From Tubulanus polymorphus (taxonomy: Eukaryota > Animalia > Nemertea), in assembly GCF_964204645.1 (NCBI RefSeq), contig NC_134031.1, positions 20,343,910 through 20,407,909 on the forward strand: a DNA stretch of 64,000 nt, in the 5' to 3' direction. Shown piece after piece: positions 12,688 through 25,722 of this stretch. The notes under the pieces are model-generated. The model did not search any database and had not been told where the DNA came from. It saw only the letters and a list, made by a program, of their open reading frames with translations. Each line of letters opens with the position of its first letter. The first letter of the stretch is position 1. The translations under genes and the position numbers were made by a program.

Positions 12688-15600
12688 AATAGAATAGAAT
12701 AGAATGCCAATTTTTGGCCAAGGAGAACAAGAAAGGCCTCAATGATAGGCCTTTCTTGTTTCTGAGCACAAAATGCATGAAAAAAAAAAAGTTCTCTTTT
12801 TGGTTTTGGGTGAATTTAACATCAAACAAAACATAAGTTAGGAGCGTTAATGATGATAATAATAACGACAAGGAATTCAGCTTTCAATCCGTATAAACAG
12901 ACGACACAGAAAATGAAAACAAGTTTAATCAAAAGCTTTGCAGAAAAGAATAAATGTCACCAAAATTTCCAGACGACAGACTCACAGACACAGACACTGA
13001 CAAACTCTTTTTGAGGTAAAATGAACCGTTGAGGAAGTAAATGGCATAACCATCAGAGCCTGTGGACTGATCTCATTTCATAGGATCCATTAAATTCTCG
13101 AACCCTTTAAGCTAAAGTAAACTTGCAAAGCGCTTTTCATCGTACTTCAAATACGACATCAAATATAACACGTATAAACGCTGTCAAGCGCCGCGTGGAA
13201 ATGAGTAACCCGACCGACGGACCGACCAACGGACCAGCGAACGGTATAACCCGTAAATAAGCTGTTTATTTCGTTTAGCGTGAAAATATTTCGCCGGTAA
13301 TGGGATTTTCAGCGGCACTTGTCGAGCGTCTCTCGACGATATCTTCCGCGGCAGCCGCCATCAATACCAGCTGCGTACACGCCCGCAAACAACGACAGAT
13401 ATAAAATTGTTCGTTTATTACACCAAAATATGCAGGCATTTTTTTAAAATATCGAGTCGATCAAATACCGCAGAGGTTTATGTTAAACTGAATTATTCCG
13501 TGCTACATGAGTTCAAGCCCAGTAAGGCAACCTAAATTCATACGAGTCATTCATCAGGGCGAATAGATTTGAAGCTACACTTTTTTTCATAATCAGACAA
13601 AATCTGGTCGATTTTTGAAGTAATGAATGAACTGAGTTTTATTTAAAACTTTCCTCCGTCGTGCTGTGCATCAGAATAATTTGAACAGACTATTTGGGTT
13701 TAATTTGACACTTGTAAATATTTTTTTCTTAGCAGCTTTGTATGTATATACTGTTTTCTGTCACTTGTGTGACTTGGATGTGATAAAAAACCTGGATAAC
13801 TGGAATCCATACTTGCAAGCACATGTTTTAGTGACTAAGACTTAAAGGGTGTCTTTCCTATGATCTAATGGTTAATGTACAATGAGCATTTTTTGTCAGT
13901 CGAAAAGCGTGAACGAACTTCTTCATTCCTGCCCTTCAAAAAACGTTCACACGTGTTTGCATTGCAAGGTCCCTGAAGGCTGGCTGCAGGTTGGTAATTT
14001 CATTTACGGCTTATTGGCCTTCATTTTTATCGGCTTCTTTACTAATGTAATGTAATGTCATGGAAATTGGCAATGAGAAGAACATTTCGAGAATTGTCTG
14101 CGAGACATTTGCTTTTGACAGCGCGATGATCAAATCAGAGCCATATCAAAAATCATCAACATCATCTTCTGCATTCGAACAAGAAAAACCTGCGCGGAAT
14201 ATGAAGTCGTGACGTGACTGGCAACAACTTTCAACTGTTCAACATTTCATGACTGTTTACCCACAAACAGTGATCTCAGGTCGTGCGCGAAGTACAGCGC
14301 AGTGGCACCAATAACACATCTATTGGCAGCGATCACACGAGTGCGCACACGTGCTAACTGACATTCGGTTTCACTTAGTTCACAAATAGTCGACTAACAC
14401 TTGATAAACCGAGTTCTCCCAGGCGGATCCTCACCAGCCACAAGCTGAATCCTCGATTGCCGCAGTAGATCGCGTGGTCCTCGTTCCCAGCAGTAACATC
14501 GCGTGTTTCGAAGTCTTCAAATTCTCATCGATCGCGTCACGGTTGACGAACTAGAATCGCGTGCCGACGATATTTCCTAACGGGGCCGCATCACAGAAAT
14601 TTTCCCCACACCATGAAAGACTAAGAAGCTTATTGCGATAATTAGATTGTATTCGGATATTGTTGCCGGTTACAAAAAAAACAATTCCATCTTAAAAAGT
14701 CCATTCGCCCGTTATTAGTTTTTAACAACACCTGCGATCACCTCCGTCAATTCGTCAGTGGTCAAGGTCGAATCGTCATTGATTGACTGTAATGTATAAA
14801 AACATCCTCTTATACAGATCTATAACGGAAGTTAATGGGGCGACAGAGGTCTTCTGTTTACTAATGACTTACACTCCCAGACTGGTGAGATTTTGTCTGA
14901 GCAGAAGGTCGTTGGTCGTTGGTCGTTCATGACATGTGAAAATAATAGGGCAGTGATAGAGATAAAGGCGAATTTTATCGGTGAATTTATTCACTGAATT
15001 GATTCTCACCGAAGGTCGCGATGCAAATTGTCTAGTCTGGCAATTCGATTTGAACGAATCACAAATGCTGATCCAAATTTTCAATCGGGGATTGCTAATT
15101 TCGCAGTTTTTGTATCATCTTGATCAGAGAAATGAAGTCCAACGCACAAACGAGATAAGGAAAAAATTATATGTCATGTGCATTGTGGTCAAAAGTTGTA
15201 GGAAATAGAACTAGTTCTATTCCTTTGTCACCCTGAGTAAGCCTTTAGACCCATATGTGAAAAACCAACAGCTTAGGCCACTGTGCCACTGTGCCACTCA
15301 GACACTAATGAGATTCATAACAAATCCATTCAGATCAGCTGAAGTTGCATTCTAATCCAAAAATTCGATTTCGGAGGCAAAAGTCTTGAGCCCCTCGAGT
15401 TTCGAATGGTAAAATATGCTGAAACCCCGCGGGTTTTTCGAAGTGGCGTGAAATCAATTCTGCCAAATGGACGTTTAATAATTGCTCGGGGATTTATCCA
15501 CATAGACAAATTTATGGGACACATTTCGATCGCAGGCTCTGCCATAACTGGTCTATCCATCATTCAAATGGTACATAGGAGACGCTTCGAATGGTCTGAA

Positions 15601-16893
15601 CAAATAGCGTTGTGAATAATACGTAATCTCTCAGGGTTTTCTATGTTATGTGGCTTATATTATGTAATGTTAGAATATAACAGTATCTCCGCGCAAGAAA
15701 TAAAAAGGTTTTTTTGTGATTAATTCTCACGATCCTATAGCCAATGATTACTGCCACTGTCGGCGATGAGTTGCCGAGTCGATGGTTGCCGATAATTGGC
15801 GCTTTTATCTATTAAATAGAGTACCGAGAACACTCCAGATGGCGCCAATTACACAGGGGTCATTTGTTTTTAGAAATTTGATTTTTACGCTTCCAAATCT
15901 GAAAATTATCGAACAAGTTGTCATCGAATAGATTCGCTTTCTCACTCAGTGTTTGGTATAAATTTCACTGAAAATTAATTAACTAATGAGAAAAGTTGAT
16001 TCAAATTCAATTGAAACGTAGAAGAAATTGAAGCGCGGTAACCCGGTGCCACAAGCGACACCTGGTGGATTCTTAGCCAGCAGTGTCGCTAGCGATCCTA
16101 GCCGGAATCTTCGCTTGCCACAGTAGCATTGCCAGTACCCCACCGATTCATCGATTTAAGGTAAATCTAAAACTGGGCTCTACGTTGATGGCACGATATT
16201 TCAGTACAATAAGACACATTAGATGTTTAGTATAGAATCTTGAGGACATAAAATCCTTCTTTGTTTTCACCGCAGTAGCACGCACAAGTTTTCCAACAGT
16301 ATGAATGCGCCCCTGGCAGTCGATAATACAGTTCTAAATCAGAGTGCGTTCGGCCTAACAGTTACGCGGCCAATTTGTGTATGAAAAAACAAAAACTGGT
16401 AATAACAAAGGAAATCTACCCTAAGGAATCTCTTTCATCAGATAGTTGACACAAAAACCGAAATAATTCGCTATTTTGTATCAAAGTCGCCCGACAAAAA
16501 ACCTCGCGGAAAAAGGAGAAACCGCACGAATCACAAGCGCTGCAATGGGTGACCGCGGCGTCGAGGGGCAAACGAAGACGACAAGAGAAAAAAACCGAAA
16601 ACCTCATTCCGTACACCGGAGTAATGACGACCGGGATCTTTAATCTGATAGGTTATTAGATCAGCCAATCAGGGCTTATAACTCGTGCTGCGGCGTTTCG
16701 CAATAACGTCACTGACAATATCGCAGCACAGTTACCGAGTCAGTACTAGCTGCATGTGAGTAGAGGCTCACTGTTCATCATCTTTCTCTCATAAACAGCC
16801 GATATTTGCTCCATCGCAAAACTGAGTGAATTCACATCGTTTTGTAGTTTAATCGAACGTAATCGGATTTCAAAATTTCGCGGATAGAAAACG

Positions 16894-17097
16894 AGAAACA
16901 CGTGGAAAACTGAACCGACGTGAAACGTGCGGGAAAATTGAAACATGTGGAAAACTGAAACACGTGGAAAACTGAACAGACGTGGAACAGGTGGAAAACT
17001 GAACCGACATGAAACGCGCGGAAAACTGAAACACGTGGAAAACTGAAACATGTGGAAAACTGAACGGACGTGAAACACGTGGAAAACTGAACGGACG
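16894..17097. repeat. Composite 18/29-bp tandem array
   Basis: Repeated aaacacgtggaaaactga with interspersed accgacgtg segments. Confidence 0.9.
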
Positions 17098-20000
17098 ATA
17101 AGACGAGGATTAAACAGCGTAAGGTAAGAACACACGTATTCAATTACACCCCTTCGACCGTATATTAATGTCGCCAAAAAAAATTGACTATCGCGTCGCT
17201 ACGGTTATGATCGATGGCCGATAATCGATGGACGCCGACGCGTGTTAGCTCTCCGAGAATTGATAAACAAGTCTATCGATGAATTATAGGCTAGTTCTAT
17301 ATAGAGATAAACTTATAGATAGATAGAAAATTGATCGCTGTTCTGTAGCGAAAAATCAAATAATGATTTATAGGGGTTAGTAGTTGGTAATAGCGAGAAA
17401 TGAGGGCATGTTTCTATGAGAGCTGATTAAACCGAGTATTACTTCATAGGGGTAAATGTGTTTGACAGTTGATGAATTGAGATTTGATAGGAAATCTCTA
17501 CGGAGTTTATGGAACGACAGAACGATAACGTATTCTATAATGTCATAAAATCTCTCAATAGACACCGTAGATTCTGTGATAGAAGGATTCTTACGCAGAG
17601 TAGCATGTGAAAGGAATATTTTTTCGGACTTCATCTTTTTCGTTATATTAGTGTTGGATTCTCTAATTATAACCTGCGAACCTGATAGAAGCGACCGGTA
17701 GAGTGTTTGATGGAATTGATATTCCTCAACTGGACAACTTTCAATTGAAACCCGTCTACTAAAAATCAAACTCCCTATGATCAGGAATTAGAGAGGTTTT
17801 GTTTCAATCGGTCACTACTGGTTCTGTAAAACGTTTTACCAACATTTCCTTGAATTCAACGGCTCAAAATTAATGCGAGAACTGTTCTCGCCAATTTAGA
17901 ATGATTTTCTCAACAATCAAAAATGAGAGAATCCACGCATGAAAACCGGTTCATCGCCGATTCCTCCCACGCGTAAGGAATCGTGGAAGGAATCGCGGTG
18001 GCGTCTCTGTTACGTAATTCAGTGTATTTACACACGGCCGAGAAAAACTCGTCAATCGCGCGTCACTGTTAGAACTATTTGTAGAATTGAAATTCTAGTC
18101 AGCGTGTCGCTGCTGAAAGTACGGCTGCTGAAAGAACGCCGTTTAATCTAGCAATTTTTTACGTGCGACAAATTCAGCAGTATTTGTTTGCGCTATTCGA
18201 TATGGACGGAAGTCACGTCGACACATTCTGCAGACGGGTTTGATTTTGAATGATGTCAAATTGGTTGTTGCAGAAAAAATCCTACGCAAAGGAACCGACA
18301 TGCAGAGCGCGTTCACGTGTAAATCACTCACTCGATACTAAACAATGCTTAAACAAAGCGAAGTGAGTCACTTCCGGAACCAGTTGCAATTCAAAGTTAA
18401 CCATTTGACCCATGCTCAAATTTGGCTCAGGTCTGGTTCGACGTTTTTGGTGACAAGATGTAATAACAAAAACTAGATGTAAACTCTTTCACATTGAGAT
18501 TGCAGATTAGTAAATAAAAAGCAGTAAACCTGGAGAGGAATTATAAATAATTCTGGATGTTTTGTCAATGTCTCGATCAGCATTTCATTATCGTTGTTGA
18601 ATATCATAGCTAAATCAGCTGTAAAGGGAATAACGAATTAGGTAATTAAAAATCAATTAACATCCTATTCTAATTATACACTTCATTGAGTCTATTCACT
18701 GCCTCATAATTGATATCTCCATTGACTACGAAATCTATCTTCCGCGGTGAAGGCTCGAGTCGTACACGCTCACTTGTACGAAAACATGAAACCAAAAATA
18801 ATTTTCTGAAATGTCAGCATTTCTATAACGCAAAAACACAAAAAATGTTTCCTGTTGGAAACGAATGTTTCGACTACAACACGCTTTACATACACAGTAC
18901 TAAAGAAACAGAAATGCGTTTCTGGCTTCTTGAAACCAACATGGTAGGTTTCTTTTTGTTGTTCTGGGGTTGTTTCGATTGTATTTTATGATGTCAGAAT
19001 AGTAGCTTCAAAAGAAACATCAACAACACGCGATATACTAGCAGACCTATATATACATTGCACTGCGGTGTAGATGCACTGAAACCCAATATCTGTTTCT
19101 CGTTTCAATGTGCTCTAGGCGTAAATTTTATGCACTTGATACGGCTATCAATTTTACCAGTTCTGACAGAGCGACCATCGATTCACGCCGGGGAAGAGAG
19201 CGAACTTTATCGGACTCAAGCGATAACCAATAGATCAGCTGGGTTCGATACGAGGCGGACGACAGACGGCGTCATCCACCGGCAAACCTTAATTCGATAT
19301 AAATGTAAATAATTTCACCAGTGAATTAATTCACATCTGTTGCTTTCCAATGACGCAGGTGCGCAAGAAATCTTTTTTACCAATTCTGATCACGTTTTGA
19401 AATTCTGATCACGAACGAAGACAAATCTGGCCAGAAATTGCTATTATTGCGAGATGACGCGTTGATGAAGCTGCCCACACACACACTCACAGACAGGTTT
19501 ATAGTCTACCTAAGACTTACCGCATTAAAGCGGTCAGAAATGGAAAAGAGAAAGCCCAAAATATTGTCCTGAGATGTAGCTCAATCTTTAAGTCCAAAGG
19601 TATCGGGAAAGTGCGCAGCGGAAAATAGACCGACCCTCTTCCATAATTTTTGATGGAATTGTACCCTTTTCAGATTTCATTCAGAAACACTTTTGGTTCA
19701 CGTTTCAATGCCATTAATGTATCCAATGAAATCCATTACACTCTACAGCCCTCCCCTCCCCGGTAAGCCGAGGAAATATAATTCATCAAGGGCTGCAGAA
19801 GTCGGTGACCTGAAAAATGCAGGCAATTTTACCTCGAGCGTTTTTAACGTCGAAGACTGATGAGTTTTGACTGCGGAGATTCGACGACGATGTTTTGATA
19901 TCGATCATTCACTCGATGAAATAATAGGATTTGTACGTGTTTAATTAAACACGGCGCACGATGTGTCGAGGTATAATCCTAATCTAACAGTCACCCGGCG

Positions 20001-23000
20001 CTCAAATCAAACTTCCCCCCCCCCCCCCCCCGTAATACAACTTAAAATAAAGCCTTTCAAAGTATGACTGGACAATGACCCAAAAACTACTATTCCCTTA
20101 AAAATGATACCAACTTGCTGATGATTGATTATACAAAGTAAAATCTGTCAGCCAAATGATGATGTCATAGGGTGATAAATGGAGGCAGCTTCAAGCTCGC
20201 CTATGAGCAATAGTAGTGATCACTTGAGCGTGGTGACCGGCGCCAAATTTGGCATGACCAAAAAAACATTGTTCAGACCATGTTGTGCCAAATCTAAGCA
20301 TGGTTCAAGATATTACCAGTTCTATGGTAATGAGTGAGAGATTAACATACTCTCATATTGAGCGCAATTAGTTCATTTTCGATCAACTTCGAACTGAAAT
20401 TGAAAGCTCCAAAATCCAAGTATCATCATATCGTACTAGACTCAAATTTCCACTGATAACTGATTTAATTAAGAGCTAAGAAATGGAAGCCTTGATCGTT
20501 GAGTTACTACGAGCGACACCTGGTGGATTTCCGCAGTAGTGTCGCTATGCAAGCTTATCAACTGTCCATATGATGATATCGTTGGAGAACATTGACTGGT
20601 CAATCGAGCGTGCTGATTGGCTAATGCGCCCGCTCATTTGGTCATTAGACGTGAATAATTACGGGTGAATTTGGATAGAGGTTTACTGTATTCGATGATG
20701 CTGTTTATGAACAGTTGTTTGTCGGTGTAAATATGGCCGATGTTTGAACTGATGTATCTCCTCGCCGGATCATGAACGGAAGTAATTCGAGCTGATATAA
20801 TCTTCCTGATCGCTGATATTTCAGTTTGAACCATCCGGCGACTACTACGACGACGTAAAAGAGCAATTTCATTATTGTGCTTCTATAGCCAAGAAGCCTT
20901 AATCTCTTGAAAATGAAACGCATATTATCAAAAGGGCACTAGAAGGATTGACCGAAACCCAATGCACAGGATGCAAGGAAACAGGTTAACACGGAATCAA
21001 ACATGTTTGGAACATCTTGGAAACATTGTTTCCCAAAGCCATGTTTCTCAGAAACAGTAGAAAGGAACATGTTTCCTGCGAGAAACAGGAGACAGAAACG
21101 AGAAGCATGGTTTTGGGAACGTTTGTTTCTCGTAGTTTTGTGTTTCAATGTTTCTCTGTTTCCACGCGTCGGGATTAAAAGAGAACGATCCGATGAAGTA
21201 TTGTTAAATATGTGTCGCGCTGTATGTAGAGTAGATCGGATGACGGAAATGTCGATGAAAAAATCAGTGAAGAAGATGATGTATATTGCTGCGTCGATGA
21301 AGGGTTCGAAAGAGACCTCATCCAAATTCTATTGGATGATGATTCGTACATGAAATGAAAACGAATCACACTGCGTCGTCTAGGTGACCCCGCGTCCTCT
21401 AGGTAACGAAGACAATTCAGCACCAGATTTAGGGGGAGCACGGTGAAATAATTGTCGACTAAATCCTTTAGTGCATAAGCCGCGGTCATATGAGGGTTTT
21501 TGGCCAGTGGCAAATTCGGCCCGACCAAAAATAAAAACACAATTCTTCTTTCCTTTCTGAAAATCCATAATTCTCACGTAGGATTCAATGTTCCCAAATG
21601 TGATTTGTGAGTAGAATGTGACAGACTTCTAAAATTCTAGGAAGGATAATTTAGCCTAGCTGTTTTTTTCCTCTGTTAGTGCAAACATAAAGATGTAGTT
21701 TCGAATAGCATGAAATATGCATGAAGGCTATACCGGTGCATGGAAAAAAACTACCGCGCTATCATCGAATGACAATAGCCAAGGACGAACACGTCTAACA
21801 AACTCGCCCAACTGATAAATATTATGTCGATTTCCGCGACAGTGAGTTGATGAAAGTGCTTAGCAACTGTCACAGAATGTCTCATCGGTTACAAAAAACT
21901 GCTTTGTATCATGTGACAAAAAAAGTGCACAAAACATCGGTTGTACCGGTTTACGATGTTGCTGCCAATCCTCAGTGCTATCAGTAACAAATTGTATTCT
22001 TTTCATTAACAATTCATTGAAATATGAAAGAATATATCAGTAATTAATCAGTAATCTCGCACAAACCATTAGCATAACCATTACAATATGTGGTTCACAC
22101 TATCCAAAAACATGCCAAGCGTAATACAATACTCAGCACACATGAGTTAAATCACCATTTGATCCAAGAGATAAACAAATGGCTCCACAACTAAGAAAAC
22201 TAACTTGAAAGTTTACCTACCATAAATATTGCTTAAAATTGTCAACAATGAAGATTAGGCAATAAAGATCAATAGATTTAAATAAATAGCCGAAACAACA
22301 CTAGTGGTATCGATGTGACAAAATACCAAATGACAGGAAATATGGAAGCAGATCGCTTACATAAATCAAACAAATCTTGCCAAGTCGTCATCAGAATATC
22401 ATTTTACAATCATCAAGTGTGAATGCCAATAGTAGCAACAAAACCTCATCTCCTCAATATGTGCACTTGTTGGGGCTGAAGTCTCCCATTCCTAATAAAT
22501 CAGTGCCAAATATAATCATGTCAAGGATTGTTCAATGATCTTGTTTGTCGTTGTAAGGGGGGGGGGCATGATAATCGGGACTAAAGGATGAAGTAGAAAT
22601 TAACTAGTTCAGTGCAGAGATTCCCTGGTTTATGAAGCCGTAAATCTGTTATAATAATGTTTTTATCCATCGTATTATCTACAGGTTACTTACGTCATCG
22701 ATATCGGCTTTTCAAAATAACAATTACAATTGAGAGAATCAGAGCTTAATTTTTGGAATTAATCAAATTTAATGACTCTTTTATTTTCTATTTAATGAAT
22801 GACGGATGTGCACTACGTCACCATCGGGACTGTTTGCCTATCAATTCAAATCAACTCAGAATGTACTTCAATTGTTCATTCATTCAAAATAACTTAAAAT
22901 ATTTCACTATTCATATTTCATCGTAAACTATCGATAATATCAAGTGGTATATGTGTTATTTTCCAAAGTTCAATAAACAACTTTCGAGTTAGTTTTCTTG

Positions 23001-24150
23001 TGAATGCAGACTCTAAACTGGAGTTTATAAGATCTATGCAAACAAAAACAAAATGTAAACCCTTGATCAAACAATATGCAGATTAGACATTTCACATTAA
23101 AACAAAGCGCAGAAGAGTTTATACGAGCAATCTGAGATCTGAAAACTTTGTAAGGATAATGGGGTTATATCAAAAATTCATATAGTCTTTATGAATTTTT
23201 GGTAATATATATAATAATGTATAAAAAGTGTCTGGAGAAATATGAGAAATAATGGAATAATGGAATGTGCTTAGCCGACAAATCCCAAAGCTCGGACACC
23301 GCATTACACAGCAGTGAATGTTTTATAACTGTATCCTCAAATAAGACTTAGCTGGGGAGTAACTGGTATAGTGTGGTTTAATTCATTCAGTTCCTTTTAT
23401 AGAATTAATGGAAAATATTCAATAGTTATTAAAACGGTAGATGCATGACCTGACTCGAGTCAGATATTGGCCCGTACCTAGACAGCGCGTTCACAAGTAA
23501 ATCATTCAATGACTCATTATCAAAATTTTATCGTAACGAATCATATGAGGTGAATAAATTAATACGTGGAATAATTTGACCTGTGCTAAAATTTGGGATG
23601 GACCCGGTCTGATGTTTTAGGTTAGGCTTAATTTGGCCCGTGTCAACAAGGCATGGACTTGATTGGCATCAGCTTAGTTTAGTTTATTTTATCATAAATC
23701 TACATTTATCGTGCTTTGTGAATATATGACTTATTACTACGAGAAGGCCAGAACGTAGGATGTATGTATAACTGAGTGAAGATGTCGCTATAGAGCTCTC
23801 AAACCGTTTAATGACTCTCTCCAGGCAGAGCTACCATCAAATGAATATATCTAAATATGAGAAAATAGAAACTATTGATGATACAGTAGCAGCGAACACA
23901 CCGTGAAAATAGCCTCTTAATCACGATTGACCATCGCGTTGGCGCTCACTTAATCAGTGATGAGTACCTTTACACACTAACTATCGACACTATTTCACTG
24001 CTCTATCCACCTGTCCCTGAAAAACAGTTATTAGCGCCTAGTTCTGCTGCTAGGCCCATTCTTTGCACTGCACAACTAGACCCCCATACTAATATCATAC
24101 CCAAGTTTCATCAAGATCAACCACTTATCAACAAAACTAAGTAACTGAAA

Positions 24151-24310
24151 GACAGACACACAGATACATAAACAGATACAGAGACTGATAAACAGATACA
24201 GAGACTGATACACAGATACAGAGACTGATACACAGATACAGAGACTGATACACAGATACAGAGACTGATACACAGATACAGAGACTGATACACAGATACA
24301 GAGACAGATA
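24151..24310. repeat. 20-bp tandem array
   Basis: gatacacagatacagagact x~7, immediately after a ccaagtttcatcaagat motif. Confidence 0.93.
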
Positions 24311-25109
24311 GTATGAGAAAAACTGTCTCACAGGAGCCCAAGAACCAAGTATTATCTAGTGATTTACTCCGACAAAAATTGTTTCACTCAAGAAGTGGGG
24401 TGTGGTTGAGCTGGGAGTGAATTTCTTTGCGAAGTGACTTGAGGCCATATTGTAGATTTTAGATATTTGATAAGTGTCCAAAATTTTGATCGAAATGTAA
24501 AATCTGAAGACTCGAGGGTCTACGTATCAAAACGATAGGATTCCATCGTCAAATTGCACGACTGCAAATATTGCGAGATATCGCAAGTGTTTATTTTGCT
24601 AAAATTGAAACGACTCAAAACGAGATGACAGATGAAAATATCTGATTGTTAACAGAACTAAATAACTAAGCCCTAGGCTCAGTCAGAGATGAAATTCAGT
24701 GACAAAAAACCACCGCGGGACCCGTTGGAAATATCGGATATTCCAAGAGAAAAATAATTTACGACCGAACTGATGATAACTGCAAGCGCGCAATAGACAG
24801 CAGCAGCAGAGGCAGCAGCAGCAGCAGTAACCATCGTTTTTACTAAGAAATTAGAACGTGTTTCGCGATAACGCGTAAAACTTACATCGTCGCTTCCTGC
24901 TGGAAATGGCCGAGATTTTATTGAAAATGTATGCAGCCGGAGGAAGTTATTAGTGAAATGATGAGTCCGTGCCTCACGGTGGTGTACAGCGCAGTCATCT
25001 ATGTGTGTATGCAGTCACGCAGTTTTATTACCATTTTCTCTCAACTTAAGAGACTTGTTCATGAAAATTTAGGGAAAGTGGTGTTGCAGTTCGCTATTGT
25101 GCTTGTTGG

Positions 25110-25722
25110 CAGGGCAGCCAACCTCTGAAGAGTGCTATCAGTAACTAATTGTATTTTTTCAAGTAACTTTTCATTGAAATATGAGTGAAAATGTTGAAAT
25201 AAATCAGTAATCAACAGTAAGACCCTCAGTAACATCTTTCATATTTTTGTCCAAATAAATCAGTTATCAACAGTAAGACCCTCAGTAACATCTTTCATAT
25301 TTTTGTCCAAATAAATCAGTAATCAACAGTAAGACCCTCAGTAACATCTTTCATATTTTTGTCCAAATTAATCAGTAATCAACAGTAAGACCCTCAGTAA
25401 CATCTTTCATATTTTTGTCCAAATTAATCAGTAATCAACAGCAAGACCCTCAGTAACATCTTTCATATTTTTGTCCAAATTAATCAGTAATCAACAGTAA
25501 GACCCTCAGTAACATCTTTCATATTTCTGTTCAAATTAACCAGTAATCAACAGTAAGACCCTCAGTAACATCTTTCATATTTCTGTTCAAATTAATCAGT
25601 AATCAACAGTAAGACCCTCATTAACATCTTTCAGTTTTATACAGCATCAAACAAATCCAATCAGTATTTTTCGTTATCAAATGATAACAAATACTGAAAA
25701 TCAGGAACAGTTGGCAGCACAT
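25110..25722. mobile_element. MITE (CAGGGCAGCCAAC...GTTGGCAGCAC TIRs) carrying an internal 56-bp tandem array
   Basis: TIR-like ends. About 7.7 copies of aatcagtaatcaacagtaagaccctcagtaacatctttcatatttttgtccaaatt at 25201-25633. Related unexpanded fragments at ~21960-22055 and ~56764-56830. Confidence 0.65.

Noticed and set aside
17377-17769. 130 aa minus ORF and other short ORFs at 16.7-17.2, 20.9-21.6 and 24.1-24.3 kb
   Set aside because: They lie in repeats or degenerate elements, with no recognisable domain or splice support.
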